From Chloroflexota bacterium (lineage in GTDB: Bacteria > Chloroflexota > UBA11872 > UBA12225 > JAJDUF01): a stretch of 64,000 nucleotides of DNA. Numbering within the stretch: position 1 is the first letter of the stretch; each line of letters starts with the position of its first letter. Under the pieces are notes generated by a model. That model made no database searches and had not been told where the DNA came from. It was given only the letters and a program-made list of their open reading frames with translations. The position numbers and the translations under genes were made by a program. Of the stretch, positions 8,209-17,141 are shown in pieces. The stretch is from assembly GCA_965214295.1 (NCBI GenBank), contig OZ243944.1, positions 917,099 through 981,098 of the forward strand. The letters are read 5' to 3'.

Positions 8209-9648
8209 CTAGTAGCGGCTGTCTACGGTGGTGAGGGGGCACCAGCGCGTGGTCATCAGGTAGTCCACGAGGATGGCTTGGGTCGCCGGCGTATCGAGCC
8301 GATAGAGCGCTTCGACGGCTTTGCCGCGCACGTAGCGGTCGTCGTCCTCCAGGACGCGCTGCAAGGCCGGTACGGCTTCCTCGGCGTGCTTGCCGATGCG
8401 GAGCAGGGCCAGGGTGACGTTGCGACGCACTTCCGCGTCCTCGTGCCGCAAGGTTGCGGCGAGTGTCGGCACTGCTTCCGGGCCTTGCTGGCTGGTTGTG
8501 CCAAGGGCCTGGGCGGCTTGCTGTTGGACAATCAGTGATTCGTCCCGCAGCGCCGCGATCAGCGCCGGGACGGCTTCCCGCGCGGCGAGGCCCATTTCGC
8601 CGAGCGCGTTCACTGCGGCGGCACGCACCCACCACTGCGGATGACCGGCCGCTTCGATGAGTGCCGGCACCGCGGGCGCACCGACGGCGCTCAAAGCATA
8701 GCCCACGTTGCGGCGGCGGGCCTCCACCTCGCTTTCGTCCGCGAGCCGCCCATACTGGCTCAGTCGCGCGGGGGCCGGGCCGCCGGCCGGTCGCAGCGTG
8801 CCGGCTTTGCCCATCAATGCGTCGATGAGCGCCGGCACCGCGGGGGCGCCGATCTCCCCTAGCTTGTAGGCGGCGTTGAAGCTCTCGACTTCCGAGTCAC
8901 CGATCACGGCCGCGACCAACTCCTCGATAGACGCCGCGTGCCCATTGCTCCCGTTGGCCTGACCGGTGTGCCACTGCCAGATATGTCGCCAGAGCGCCGG
9001 CGTGGGGGAGTCGTCGCCCGGCTCCCACTCGGTCCGAGTGCTGTCCCAGCTCGGCGCCGTCGGCTCCTCGATCCGTGTGAAGAGGAGCTTATTCATATAG
9101 CGCTTGTGCGGGCTGGTATTGGCCGAGCCGCGATGCCAAATATCGTAGTTGGCGATGACTACCGTACCGGCTTCGACCGTGAGCGGAAGCTCGCGCTCCG
9201 CCCCGTCGGGGGGCAGGGTGTTGTAATACTGGCTGCCCGGCACGATGACCGTCGGTCCCATGTCGAGCGTCGTCGCTTGGGGATAGTAGAACGCCAAGAG
9301 CCAGCGCGTGCGATGGCCTCGGCGCGAGAAGCCGTCTTTGTGAAGCCGCTGGCCGGGGTTGCCCGGCGGGTTGTAGTGGCAGTGGCGGTGAGGGTGCAAG
9401 TAATAGTTCGGCCCGACGATACTGGTCAGGGCGCCAACGACCGCCGGATCTTGCCAAGGCTTGAGCGTGTCCGGGATTCTGGCGAGTAAGTTGTTGCCGG
9501 GGTTGAACTCGTGCTCCCAGACGTATTCCGTCTGTTCGTAGAGGTGGCGATGAAAGTCGGCCGGCAAGTCCGGCTTGACGACGACATACCCGTCGGTGAT
9601 GAACTGCTGCAGTTGTTGATCGGTGAGCAACGTGGTCATGGTATGCAT
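8209..9648 (-). CDS. phytanoyl-CoA dioxygenase (PhyH)-family domain fused to C-terminal HEAT/PBS-lyase-like repeats
   Basis: N-terminal LTDQQLQQFITDGYVVV, typical of PhyH. Five C-terminal AVPALI-type repeats (AVPALIDAL, AVPALIEAA, AVPALIAAL, AVPTLAATL, AVPALQRVL). Confidence 0.85.
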   Translation of the reverse strand: MHTMTTLLTDQQLQQFITDGYVVVKPDLPADFHRHLYEQTEYVWEHEFNPGNNLLARIPDTLKPWQDPAVVGALTSIVGPNYYLHPHRHCHYNPPGNPGQRLHKDGFSRRGHRTRWLLAFYYPQATTLDMGPTVIVPGSQYYNTLPPDGAERELPLTVEAGTVVIANYDIWHRGSANTSPHKRYMNKLLFTRIEEPTAPSWDSTRTEWEPGDDSPTPALWRHIWQWHTGQANGSNGHAASIEELVAAVIGDSEVESFNAAYKLGEIGAPAVPALIDALMGKAGTLRPAGGPAPARLSQYGRLADESEVEARRRNVGYALSAVGAPAVPALIEAAGHPQWWVRAAAVNALGEMGLAAREAVPALIAALRDESLIVQQQAAQALGTTSQQGPEAVPTLAATLRHEDAEVRRNVTLALLRIGKHAEEAVPALQRVLEDDDRYVRGKAVEALYRLDTPATQAILVDYLMTTRWCPLTTVDSRY

Positions 9649-9914
9649 GGCCCCCTTTGCGGTTGGATGGAGGTGCTCGTGCCTCCGGTTCCGATGCCAA
9701 GTCCGCTACTACCCGCGACGTAGCCGGCGCTACACCCAGGCGCCCGACCTAGCTCGGCATAGGCGCTGACTGGGAGCGGCCGATTATAGCAGTGCTCGTT
9801 GCGCTGGCCGTCATTTCGGCGCAAGTCGGAAGCCAGAAGGGGGCAGTCGGGACTCCGGTCTGCGCCGGAGTGACGAGACGGGAAGGGGCGCCGTCACTCC
9901 AGTCCCGAATGCCT

Positions 9915-9972
9915 GGATTCCTGCGTTCGCGGGAATGACGGCGGCCTGGATTGCGGCTTCCTCCGCAATGAC
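9915..9972. repeat. two adjacent A-type 25-nt hairpins
   Basis: GGATTCCTGCGTTCGCGGGAATGAC and GGATTGCGGCTTCCTCCGCAATGAC. Confidence 0.8.
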
Positions 9973-10084
9973 GATCTGGGCTGTGTTGGGGCAACGCGGC
10001 TGGTCGCTCCGGGCTGCCGGGACGCTATACTCGGTGTGGCTCGCACGAATCACGATGAGGTAATCTCGCGGCTACGGAGGAAAT

Positions 10085-10846
10085 ATGCGGCTTGGTCTGG
10101 TGACATACAACATCGCCATGGATTGGGACCTCTCCACGATCATCGAACGCTGTCCCCGGTTGGGATATGAGGGGGTTGAGCTGCGGACGACGCACGCGCA
10201 CGGCGTCGAGGACACACTTTCGTCAGCAGAACGCGCCGAGGTGCGCCGTCGCTTCGCGGACTCCGCCGTCGAGCTGGTCGGGCTGGGGACGATCTTCGAG
10301 TACCATGCGCTTGACCCGGCCGTCGTGCGCGAAAACGTCGAGGGCACGAAACGGTACGCGCAGTTGGCGGCGGATATCGGTGCCGGTGGGATCAAAGTCC
10401 GGCCGAACGGCCACCAGGAAGCGGCCGGCGTGCCCCGCGAGTATACCCTGGAGCAGATTGGGAACGCGCTGCGCGAGTGTGGGCCGGCGGCGGCGGACTG
10501 TGGGGTCACGATCCGCCTGGAGATGCATGGCACCGTGGCCGATGCCCGCGACATCTGCCGGATCATGGATACCGCCGACCATCCCAACGTGCGCGTCTGC
10601 TGGAACTCCAACCCCGTGGACGTGAAAGATGGCTCAGTGGCCCACGATTTCGCATTGATGCAGAACCTCATCGGCCTGGTCCACATCCACGACCTGACTG
10701 ATGAAGGGTATCCTTGGGCCGAGCTGTTCGGCTTGTTGCGTGGGTGCGACTACGCGGGGTTCTGTCTGGCGGAAATCCAGGCCAGCAGCGATCCTGAGCG
10801 CGTCCTGACCTACTTCCGCTCCCTCTACCGGGCCTATGGTGGCTGA
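10085..10846 (+). CDS. sugar phosphate isomerase/epimerase (xylose isomerase-like TIM barrel)
   Basis: 253 aa. MRLGLVTYN...GYEGVELR... pattern typical of the AP endonuclease 2 / TIM barrel family. Confidence 0.85.
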   Translation: MRLGLVTYNIAMDWDLSTIIERCPRLGYEGVELRTTHAHGVEDTLSSAERAEVRRRFADSAVELVGLGTIFEYHALDPAVVRENVEGTKRYAQLAADIGAGGIKVRPNGHQEAAGVPREYTLEQIGNALRECGPAAADCGVTIRLEMHGTVADARDICRIMDTADHPNVRVCWNSNPVDVKDGSVAHDFALMQNLIGLVHIHDLTDEGYPWAELFGLLRGCDYAGFCLAEIQASSDPERVLTYFRSLYRAYGG

Positions 10847-11312
10847 CCTCGAACTCCTAGCTCCTGCTCAGTCGGCGAGAGCACGGGGCACAGTGTCCGT
10901 CCGGTCAACGGCAGATTGTGGACTACGGTTGGGCCGGCTCGTGGCGGTCGGTCTGCTGGCCTGGCTGCTCATCGCCTGCGGCGGTGGAGACGGCGGCAGC
11001 TCTGGTGCGAGCGGCCCCCCGGCCGGCCGCACGATCAAGATGACGATGCTGGACACGATGAAGTTCGTCCCCGATCGCTTCACAGTCAAGGCGGGAGAGA
11101 CCGTGCGCGTGGAGCTGACGAACAAGGGCGTGCTGATCCATGACTTTGTCTTCCGCGACGGGGAAAAGGACGTCAGGGTGGAACTGAGTGGGGGTAAGAA
11201 CGGCGTGGCCTCGTTCATGGCGCCGACGGTGCCGGGCGAGTACGAGTTCGCCTGCATCGTGCCAGGCCATACAGAAGCCGGGATGAAGGGGGTCATGCGT
11301 GTCGTCGCCTAG
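10836..11312 (+). CDS. cupredoxin (type-1 copper, plastocyanin/azurin-like) lipoprotein
   Basis: Lipobox LLIACGG. Cu ligands HDF...CIVPGHTEAGM. Overlaps ctaA start. Confidence 0.8.
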   Translation: MVADLELLAPAQSARARGTVSVRSTADCGLRLGRLVAVGLLAWLLIACGGGDGGSSGASGPPAGRTIKMTMLDTMKFVPDRFTVKAGETVRVELTNKGVLIHDFVFRDGEKDVRVELSGGKNGVASFMAPTVPGEYEFACIVPGHTEAGMKGVMRVVA

Positions 11313-13347
11313 TGGCGCCGGTCCGGGGAGCGTGATCCCGGACGGTGTCGGGCGGGCGCCGGGGCGCTTTCGGTGGCTCGTCCTTGCCACCATCGCTGCG
11401 ACCTACCTCCTGATCGTGATGGGCGCCGTGGTGCGCGTGACCGGCTCTGGGCTGGGCTGCCCGGACTGGCCACTCTGCTACGGGCGCCTCTTTCCGCCGC
11501 TCGAATTCGCGCCGTTGCTCGAATACACGCACCGGCTCGTAGGCGCCATCGTTTCGGCGCTGATCGTGGCCGTCGTGGGGAGTATCTGGCTGCGCTTCCG
11601 TCACCACCGGCGGCTGGTGGTGCTAGCGAGTGGCGTCGTAGTACTACTGGTCATCCAGATCGGCTTGGGGGCGGTGACGGTCCTCACGGAGCTGTCCCCG
11701 CTGGTGGTGCTCATCCACCTTGGGTTGGCGATGCTGGTGTTGGGTGCCCTGGTCATGCTCGCGGTATACACGGGGCCGGTCGGTGGTGGCGCCCCGACGA
11801 CCGGCGATAGTCGGCAGCCGGAGCAATGGGTGGGGTTCCGCACGCTGGTCCTCACCACCGCAGCGGCCATCTACGCCTTGGTGCTGACCGGCGCGGCCGT
11901 CCGGGCCACGGGCGCTACGTGGTCCTGCATCGGCTGGCCCGACTGCAACGGAATACTGCTCCCGCTGGGGGTAGACCCGCTCGTTGATACTCACCTGCTG
12001 CATCGGTTTACCGCGTACACCATCGCGGTGCTGGCAGTGCTGACGGTGGTGCGGGCGCGGTTGTGGCGGCGCCGGTTTCCGGCGGTGTGGTGGGGGGCGC
12101 TGGCGCTGGTGGCCGGCGTCGTTGCCCAAGGCGCAATCGGGGTTTGGGGAGTCACGGCCGGGTTCGTGCCGCTGGTCCAGGCCCTCCACGTCGCCGGGGC
12201 GTCGGCGGCCTGGACGGCGGCCGTGGCATTGGCCGCGCTGGTGACGCGCTCGTCTGCACCAGCCGCCAGTGGGGGTGTAGCGGAGCCGCTGCCGGCCGAT
12301 GTTGGCCACCGCCGCACCACATCTGGCCGCATCCGTGCGGCGGTGGCCGACGACCCACCGCCGCCCCCTCTCTCTCCGCTGGTAGAGAGAGGGCCGGATG
12401 GTGAAGCCGCCGAGAGATCCCTGTACCGAGCAAGCGCGGAGGGCGTAGGGGCGCAGCATGCTGCGCCCCTACACGACCGCCGTAGGCCACTGTCCGGCTT
12501 CCTGCAGTTGACCAAGCCGCGGATCGTGCTGCTCTTACTCGCGCCGACGCTCTGCGCGATGATCGTCGCCGCCGACGGCTGGCCCTCTCCGCTCCTCGTC
12601 GGCGCGACCCTGTTGGGCGGGGCGCTGGCCGCCGGGGCCGCGAACGCCTTCAACCACTACCTGGATCGCGACATTGACGCGATCATGCGCCGCACCGCGC
12701 ACCGCGCGCTCCCGGCGGGGGTCCTCCGGCCGCGGCAGGCGGTGTGGTTTGGCTTGGTGCTGGCCGCGCTGTCGTTCGTCGTGCTGACCGTGTTTGCGAA
12801 CCTGTTGGCGGCGCTGCTGACACAGGCGGCTATTGTGTTCTACGTCTTCGTCTACACGCGCTGGCTCAAGCGGTCGTCGCCCAGCAATATCGTCATCGGG
12901 GGCGCTGCCGGGGCAGTGCCCCCCTTGGTAGGGTGGGCGGCAGTGACCGAGAGCATCGGGCTGCTCGCGCTGTACCTGTTTGCCATCATCTTCTACTGGA
13001 CGCCGCCGCATTTCTGGGCACTCGCGCTGCTCATCAAGGACGACTACGCCCGCGCGCGTATTCCCATGCTGCCGGTCGTGCGCGGCGGTGCCGAGACGCG
13101 GCGGCAGATCGTGCTGTATTCGCTGCTCATGGTGGCGATCACGCTGCTGCTGGTTCCCTTCCAGCTGGCCGGCCCGTTCTACCTGGCGAGCGCCGTCCTG
13201 CTCGGGGGACTGTTCGTCTTCTATGCGGTGCGTCTGCTGCGCGAGGCCTCGGCGTTGGCGGCCCGGCTCCTGTTCAAGTATTCGGTGGTCTACCTCTACC
13301 TCATCCTAGCGGCTATTGTGGTGGACCAGAAGTTCATCGGCGTTTAA
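11299..13347 (+). CDS. ctaA-ctaB: single ORF encoding haem A synthase (CtaA/COX15) fused to protohaem IX farnesyltransferase (CtaB/COX10)
   Basis: N-terminal GSGLGCPDWPLC plus His-bearing TM helices (CtaA). C-terminal LTKPRIV and NHYLDRDID (UbiA-type CtaB). No in-frame stop. The joint at 12270-12500 is built from palindromic repeats. Confidence 0.85.
   Translation: MSSPSGAGPGSVIPDGVGRAPGRFRWLVLATIAATYLLIVMGAVVRVTGSGLGCPDWPLCYGRLFPPLEFAPLLEYTHRLVGAIVSALIVAVVGSIWLRFRHHRRLVVLASGVVVLLVIQIGLGAVTVLTELSPLVVLIHLGLAMLVLGALVMLAVYTGPVGGGAPTTGDSRQPEQWVGFRTLVLTTAAAIYALVLTGAAVRATGATWSCIGWPDCNGILLPLGVDPLVDTHLLHRFTAYTIAVLAVLTVVRARLWRRRFPAVWWGALALVAGVVAQGAIGVWGVTAGFVPLVQALHVAGASAAWTAAVALAALVTRSSAPAASGGVAEPLPADVGHRRTTSGRIRAAVADDPPPPPLSPLVERGPDGEAAERSLYRASAEGVGAQHAAPLHDRRRPLSGFLQLTKPRIVLLLLAPTLCAMIVAADGWPSPLLVGATLLGGALAAGAANAFNHYLDRDIDAIMRRTAHRALPAGVLRPRQAVWFGLVLAALSFVVLTVFANLLAALLTQAAIVFYVFVYTRWLKRSSPSNIVIGGAAGAVPPLVGWAAVTESIGLLALYLFAIIFYWTPPHFWALALLIKDDYARARIPMLPVVRGGAETRRQIVLYSLLMVAITLLLVPFQLAGPFYLASAVLLGGLFVFYAVRLLREASALAARLLFKYSVVYLYLILAAIVVDQKFIGV
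12304..12472. repeat. mosaic of three different palindromic elements (E, D and C types) forming the ctaA-ctaB joint
   Basis: E: GGCCACCGCCGCAC-N17-GTGCGGCGGTGGCC, 12304-12348. D: CCCTCTCTC...GAGAGAGGG, 12364-12393. C: GTAGGGGCGCAGCATGCTGCGCCCCTAC, 12445-12472. Confidence 0.85.
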
Positions 13348-13413
13348 CGAACGGTCCCCGGACTGCGTGACTGACTAGCGGGCGGAATGTGAGTAGACTA
13401 CCACCGGTGAAGT

Positions 13414-13734
13414 TTGATAAACGTGAGCGTCAAGAATCGCCTACAGCCGGTGCATCCGGGCGACATATTGCGTGACGAGTTGGCCGAGCTTGGTATGTCG
13501 GTTGGCGCGCTCGCCGAGGCGTTGGCTGTGCCAACCAACCGCATTATGGCGATTTTGAGGCGTGAACACGGAATTACTGCCGATATGGCACTGTGCTTGT
13601 CGCGTTATTTCGGCACGACGCCGCAACTGTGGCTGAACCTACAGCAGACGTTTGAGCTGCGAGCGGCGGAGATTCAAACCGGGCAGGACATCGCGGAGCG
13701 GGTAAGGCCGAGAGAGCCGGCGCTAGTTGACTGA
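13414..13734 (+). CDS. higA: HigA-family antitoxin (XRE-type HTH), no partner toxin gene visible
   Basis: PVHPGDILRDELAELGMSVGALAEALAVPTNRI...WLNLQ is the HigA/VapI signature. Confidence 0.85.
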   Translation: MINVSVKNRLQPVHPGDILRDELAELGMSVGALAEALAVPTNRIMAILRREHGITADMALCLSRYFGTTPQLWLNLQQTFELRAAEIQTGQDIAERVRPREPALVD

Positions 13735-13802
13735 TTAGGTTGTGTTGACATTTGAGATAGAAGACAATGCCGTCACACCCGTTGCGTCATTCAACCCCTC
13801 TC

Positions 13803-13886
13803 GTCATTCCGGCTTCCGCCGGAATCCAGATGCCTGGGACCGTAGACCGCAACCCCGCCCCGGATTCCCACTTGCGCGGGAATGAC
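13803..13886. repeat. two A-type hairpins in opposite orientation
   Basis: GTCATTCCGGCTTCCGCCGGAATCC (13803-13827) and GGATTCCCACTTGCGCGGGAATGAC (13862-13886). Confidence 0.82.
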
Positions 13887-13935
13887 CGGGCAATGTCAAC
13901 ACAACCTAGTGGTCCGGCCGGGAACCTCTCGTGAC

Positions 13936-14553
13936 ATGAAGACTGCGACGAGGCGCGTCCTCGGTGGCGTCGGGTTGGGGCTGGCGGCGGCCGCGCTGGC
14001 CGGGTGCGGCGCGGCCGCGAAGGAGCTGCCGAGCTACGGCGCGGCGCCGTCCTTCGCGCTGACCGATCAACACGGGCAGCCGTTCGGTAGTGCGGATATC
14101 GGCCAGCGGACGGCGTTGGTCAGCTTCGTCTTTACGACCTGTACGGAGTGGTGCCCAGTCCTCAGCCCCAAGCTGCGCGCGGCACAGGAGCAGCTCCGCG
14201 CCGATGGCTTGCTCGGCAGCAAGGTGCTGCTACTCTCCATCACCGTAGACCCACAACGGGATACCCCGGCCAAGCTGGCGGCCTATGCCCGGCGCTACGC
14301 GGCCGATCCGAGCCACTGGCGCTTCCTGACGGGGACTCCTGCCGAGATACAGCGTGTAGTCGTCGGTGGTTTTCGGGTAGGGTTGCTGCATCCGGCGCCA
14401 GCGGCGAGCGGCAGTGCAGCGGTGCCGCTGGCGATCACGCACAGCAACCGCTTCGTGATCGTAGACGGGGCCGGGGAAATCCGCAGCTACCTCCGCGGTG
14501 AGGAGGTCACGCCCGACGAGATTGTGCGTACCATTCGGAAGGTCGTTGTGTAG
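13936..14553 (+). CDS. SCO1/SenC-family copper chaperone (thioredoxin fold)
   Basis: Signal/lipobox LAGCG. CxxxC as TCTEWCP, plus downstream His. ORF 13882 extends into a repeat element, so ATG 13936 is preferred. Confidence 0.9.
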   Translation: MKTATRRVLGGVGLGLAAAALAGCGAAAKELPSYGAAPSFALTDQHGQPFGSADIGQRTALVSFVFTTCTEWCPVLSPKLRAAQEQLRADGLLGSKVLLLSITVDPQRDTPAKLAAYARRYAADPSHWRFLTGTPAEIQRVVVGGFRVGLLHPAPAASGSAAVPLAITHSNRFVIVDGAGEIRSYLRGEEVTPDEIVRTIRKVVV

Positions 14554-14653
14554 ACCGGTGGGGCGCCGTGGCTAGTGGCCAGTGATTAGTGGGCAGTGGC
14601 CGTTATCCTAACGTGGCCCTTATCCTGGGAGTGAAAGGGAGCAAGGAAGAGCG

Positions 14654-15601
14654 ATGAGCAAGTTACAAGTGGCGCTGATCGGCTGTGGCGGGCGCGGGCG
14701 CGGGTATCTCCAGGAGTTGACGAGCTTCGACGACGTAGACGTGGTGGCAGTGTGCGATCCGGTGGCGGCTGTGCGGGAGCCGGCGGCGGCCGAGTTCGGG
14801 GTGCCGCGCCAGTATGCGTCCATCGAGGACATGCTGGACGGCGAGACGCTCGACGCCGTGTTCGTAGCAACCCCAGCGCATCTGAACGCCAAGTGCGCGC
14901 TGCCCTGCCTGGAACGCGGGGTCAATACGCTGCTGGAGAAGCCCCCGGGCTTGAGCGTCGCCGAGACGACAGGGATACGCGATGCCGCGCGGCGCACGGG
15001 CGCAAAGGCGATGGTCGGCTGGCAGCGCCGCTTCAATCCCTTCATCCGGCAAGCGCGGCGGATGATCGAGGAGCGCGGTCCAATCGTGCAGCTGGTCGGT
15101 GAGTTCCACAAGAGCATCACCGGGCTGGAGGCTGCGGGACGCTGGCCGGAACAGGTCATGGACAACATGCTCCTGGAGAGTCCCATCCATGCCATAGATG
15201 TCACGCGGGCGCTGGCCGGTGGCGAGGTCGTCGAGGTGCATAGCGTGGTGCAGCGGCGGCTTTCACGTTACAAGGATGTCCACGCAGCGCTGGTGCTCTT
15301 CGACAACGGCTGCATATTACAGGTGAGCGCCGCCTACACGAGTGGTGGCCGGCTGGAGCGGTATGAGCTTCACGGGCACGACATCTCGGCATACCTGGAG
15401 GGCGTCTCGGGAGGCGTAGCGGTCTACGACGGCCAAACGCACGAGTTGGCCGGAGAAGGGTCGGCGGCTACGGTAGCGCAGAACCGCTTCTTCCTCGACT
15501 GCATCAAAGAAGATCGTCCGGTGACGCTGCCCGCTGCCAACCTCGACGAGGCCGTCAAGACCATGGAACTGGCCGAGCGGATTCTGGCTGGGTTGCGCTG
15601 A
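14654..15601 (+). CDS. Gfo/Idh/MocA-family oxidoreductase
   Basis: N-terminal Rossmann VALIGCGGRGRGY and EKP motif (LLEKPPG). Paralog of 53743..54708. Confidence 0.9.
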   Translation: MSKLQVALIGCGGRGRGYLQELTSFDDVDVVAVCDPVAAVREPAAAEFGVPRQYASIEDMLDGETLDAVFVATPAHLNAKCALPCLERGVNTLLEKPPGLSVAETTGIRDAARRTGAKAMVGWQRRFNPFIRQARRMIEERGPIVQLVGEFHKSITGLEAAGRWPEQVMDNMLLESPIHAIDVTRALAGGEVVEVHSVVQRRLSRYKDVHAALVLFDNGCILQVSAAYTSGGRLERYELHGHDISAYLEGVSGGVAVYDGQTHELAGEGSAATVAQNRFFLDCIKEDRPVTLPAANLDEAVKTMELAERILAGLR

Positions 15602-15715
15602 TCGCCTCACCCTCTGACGGGCCAAAGCCGCACGTGGAGAGGGAGGATATGGCGGCCGGTTGCTGCGCGGACTCCCACTCCCTGGAGGGACTGGGCCGGG
15701 GGTGAGGTCCCGGTC

Positions 15716-16786
15716 CTACCGATACAGATCGTCCACGGCCACGGGCTGGCCGCCGGCGTTGGCGGAGCGATAGGCGGCGTCCAGCATTTCGACCACCCGC
15801 AGACCCACCGCGCCCGGCGAGCCGTTCGGCGCCCGGCCGAGGATCACGTCTACCAGATGGTTGGCGGTGGCAAAGCGCGGGTACGACTCGTCGCCGTAGA
15901 GGGGACCGTAACGTTGCTCCGTCCCGTCGTGCTTGCGGACGGTCAGCGTGCCTTGCACTTGCTCCAGTAGCAGATAGCCGTTGGCACAATAGACGCGAAT
16001 ATCGAGCTGACCCGGATCACCCACCCCGATGTTGCCGGTGCTGCCGAACACCCCCACTGCGCCACCGTCGAACTGCACCGCCATGGCATCGACCAGATCA
16101 ACGGGTACGTCGTAGTTGTTCATAAAGGCGGTGACACTCTGGGCGCGTAGTCCGGTAATGAAGAAGAGCGATCCGGCGGAGTGGGTGATCTGCAAGTGGG
16201 CCTGCCCGCCACCGGAGCGCTGCGCGTCGGCATAGACGTTGCCGGGGCCGGTCACGGGGAACCGGAAGACCGGCCGATAGGCCTCCGGGTTAGCACGGTA
16301 ATACTCCACGACCATGGAAGCGAACAGGCAGGAGGTGTGCTGAACGGGGCCAAGCTCCCCGGACGCGAGCACGTCGCGGGCGGTGCGCGTGATGTCGGTG
16401 AAGTGCCAGGGATAGCCGACGATGATCTCCCGCTCCTGGGCCGCTGCGAGGTCGAGCAGGGCGCGTCCGTCCTGGGCGGTCAGCACCATGGGCTTTTCAA
16501 GCATGATGTGCAGCCCGGCTGCGAGACATTGCCGGGCGACGGCGTAGTGCGCGGCGTGGTAGACGGCGACGACGGCACCATCGAGCGACTCATTGGCCAG
16601 CAGCGCGCCAACGTCGTCGTAGGTCCGGTCAATGCCGTAACGCTCGGCTGCCGCGGCGAGCGCCGGCGGGTTGCGGTCGCAGAGGGCGACCAGCTCGGCG
16701 TCAGGGTGCGCGATCAAGCCCGGAATATGGGTATAGGTAGACCACCACCCCGTCCCGATGACCGCGACGCGCGCCTGCTCTGCCAT
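15716..16786 (-). CDS. Gfo/Idh/MocA-family oxidoreductase
   Basis: VAVIGTGWWSTYTHIP and MLEKPM motifs. ORF 15716..16801, with ATG 16786 the likely start. Confidence 0.9.
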   Translation of the reverse strand: MAEQARVAVIGTGWWSTYTHIPGLIAHPDAELVALCDRNPPALAAAAERYGIDRTYDDVGALLANESLDGAVVAVYHAAHYAVARQCLAAGLHIMLEKPMVLTAQDGRALLDLAAAQEREIIVGYPWHFTDITRTARDVLASGELGPVQHTSCLFASMVVEYYRANPEAYRPVFRFPVTGPGNVYADAQRSGGGQAHLQITHSAGSLFFITGLRAQSVTAFMNNYDVPVDLVDAMAVQFDGGAVGVFGSTGNIGVGDPGQLDIRVYCANGYLLLEQVQGTLTVRKHDGTEQRYGPLYGDESYPRFATANHLVDVILGRAPNGSPGAVGLRVVEMLDAAYRSANAGGQPVAVDDLYR

Positions 16787-17141
16787 ATCGCACCTACCCA
16801 CACCTCCTTATGAGTGGAGGCGTTCGTGTGGAGATGAGTATACCTACTCTCCTGTGCGCGACGGAGGCGGTCGTGGGCCGGCGAGACGCGGTGCGTGTCC
16901 CCATCCAGTGCTGCCTGTGTGCCAGAGTGTCTTGCATCCGCCAACCTCCCGTCAGTGTGTCCATATTGGACTGGTGGGGGGTAGACAACAGGGAGTAGAG
17001 AGTGGACTGTGCGCCTCACCCCCCGGCCTCCCGTCACCGGCAGACTCCCCCTCTCTACCGCTCGGCGACGGGGGGCGGCTTGCACGGGAATGATGGCGGC
17101 CAGGGCGCGATGAATCGCGCCCCTACGACGCGGCCTGGAGT

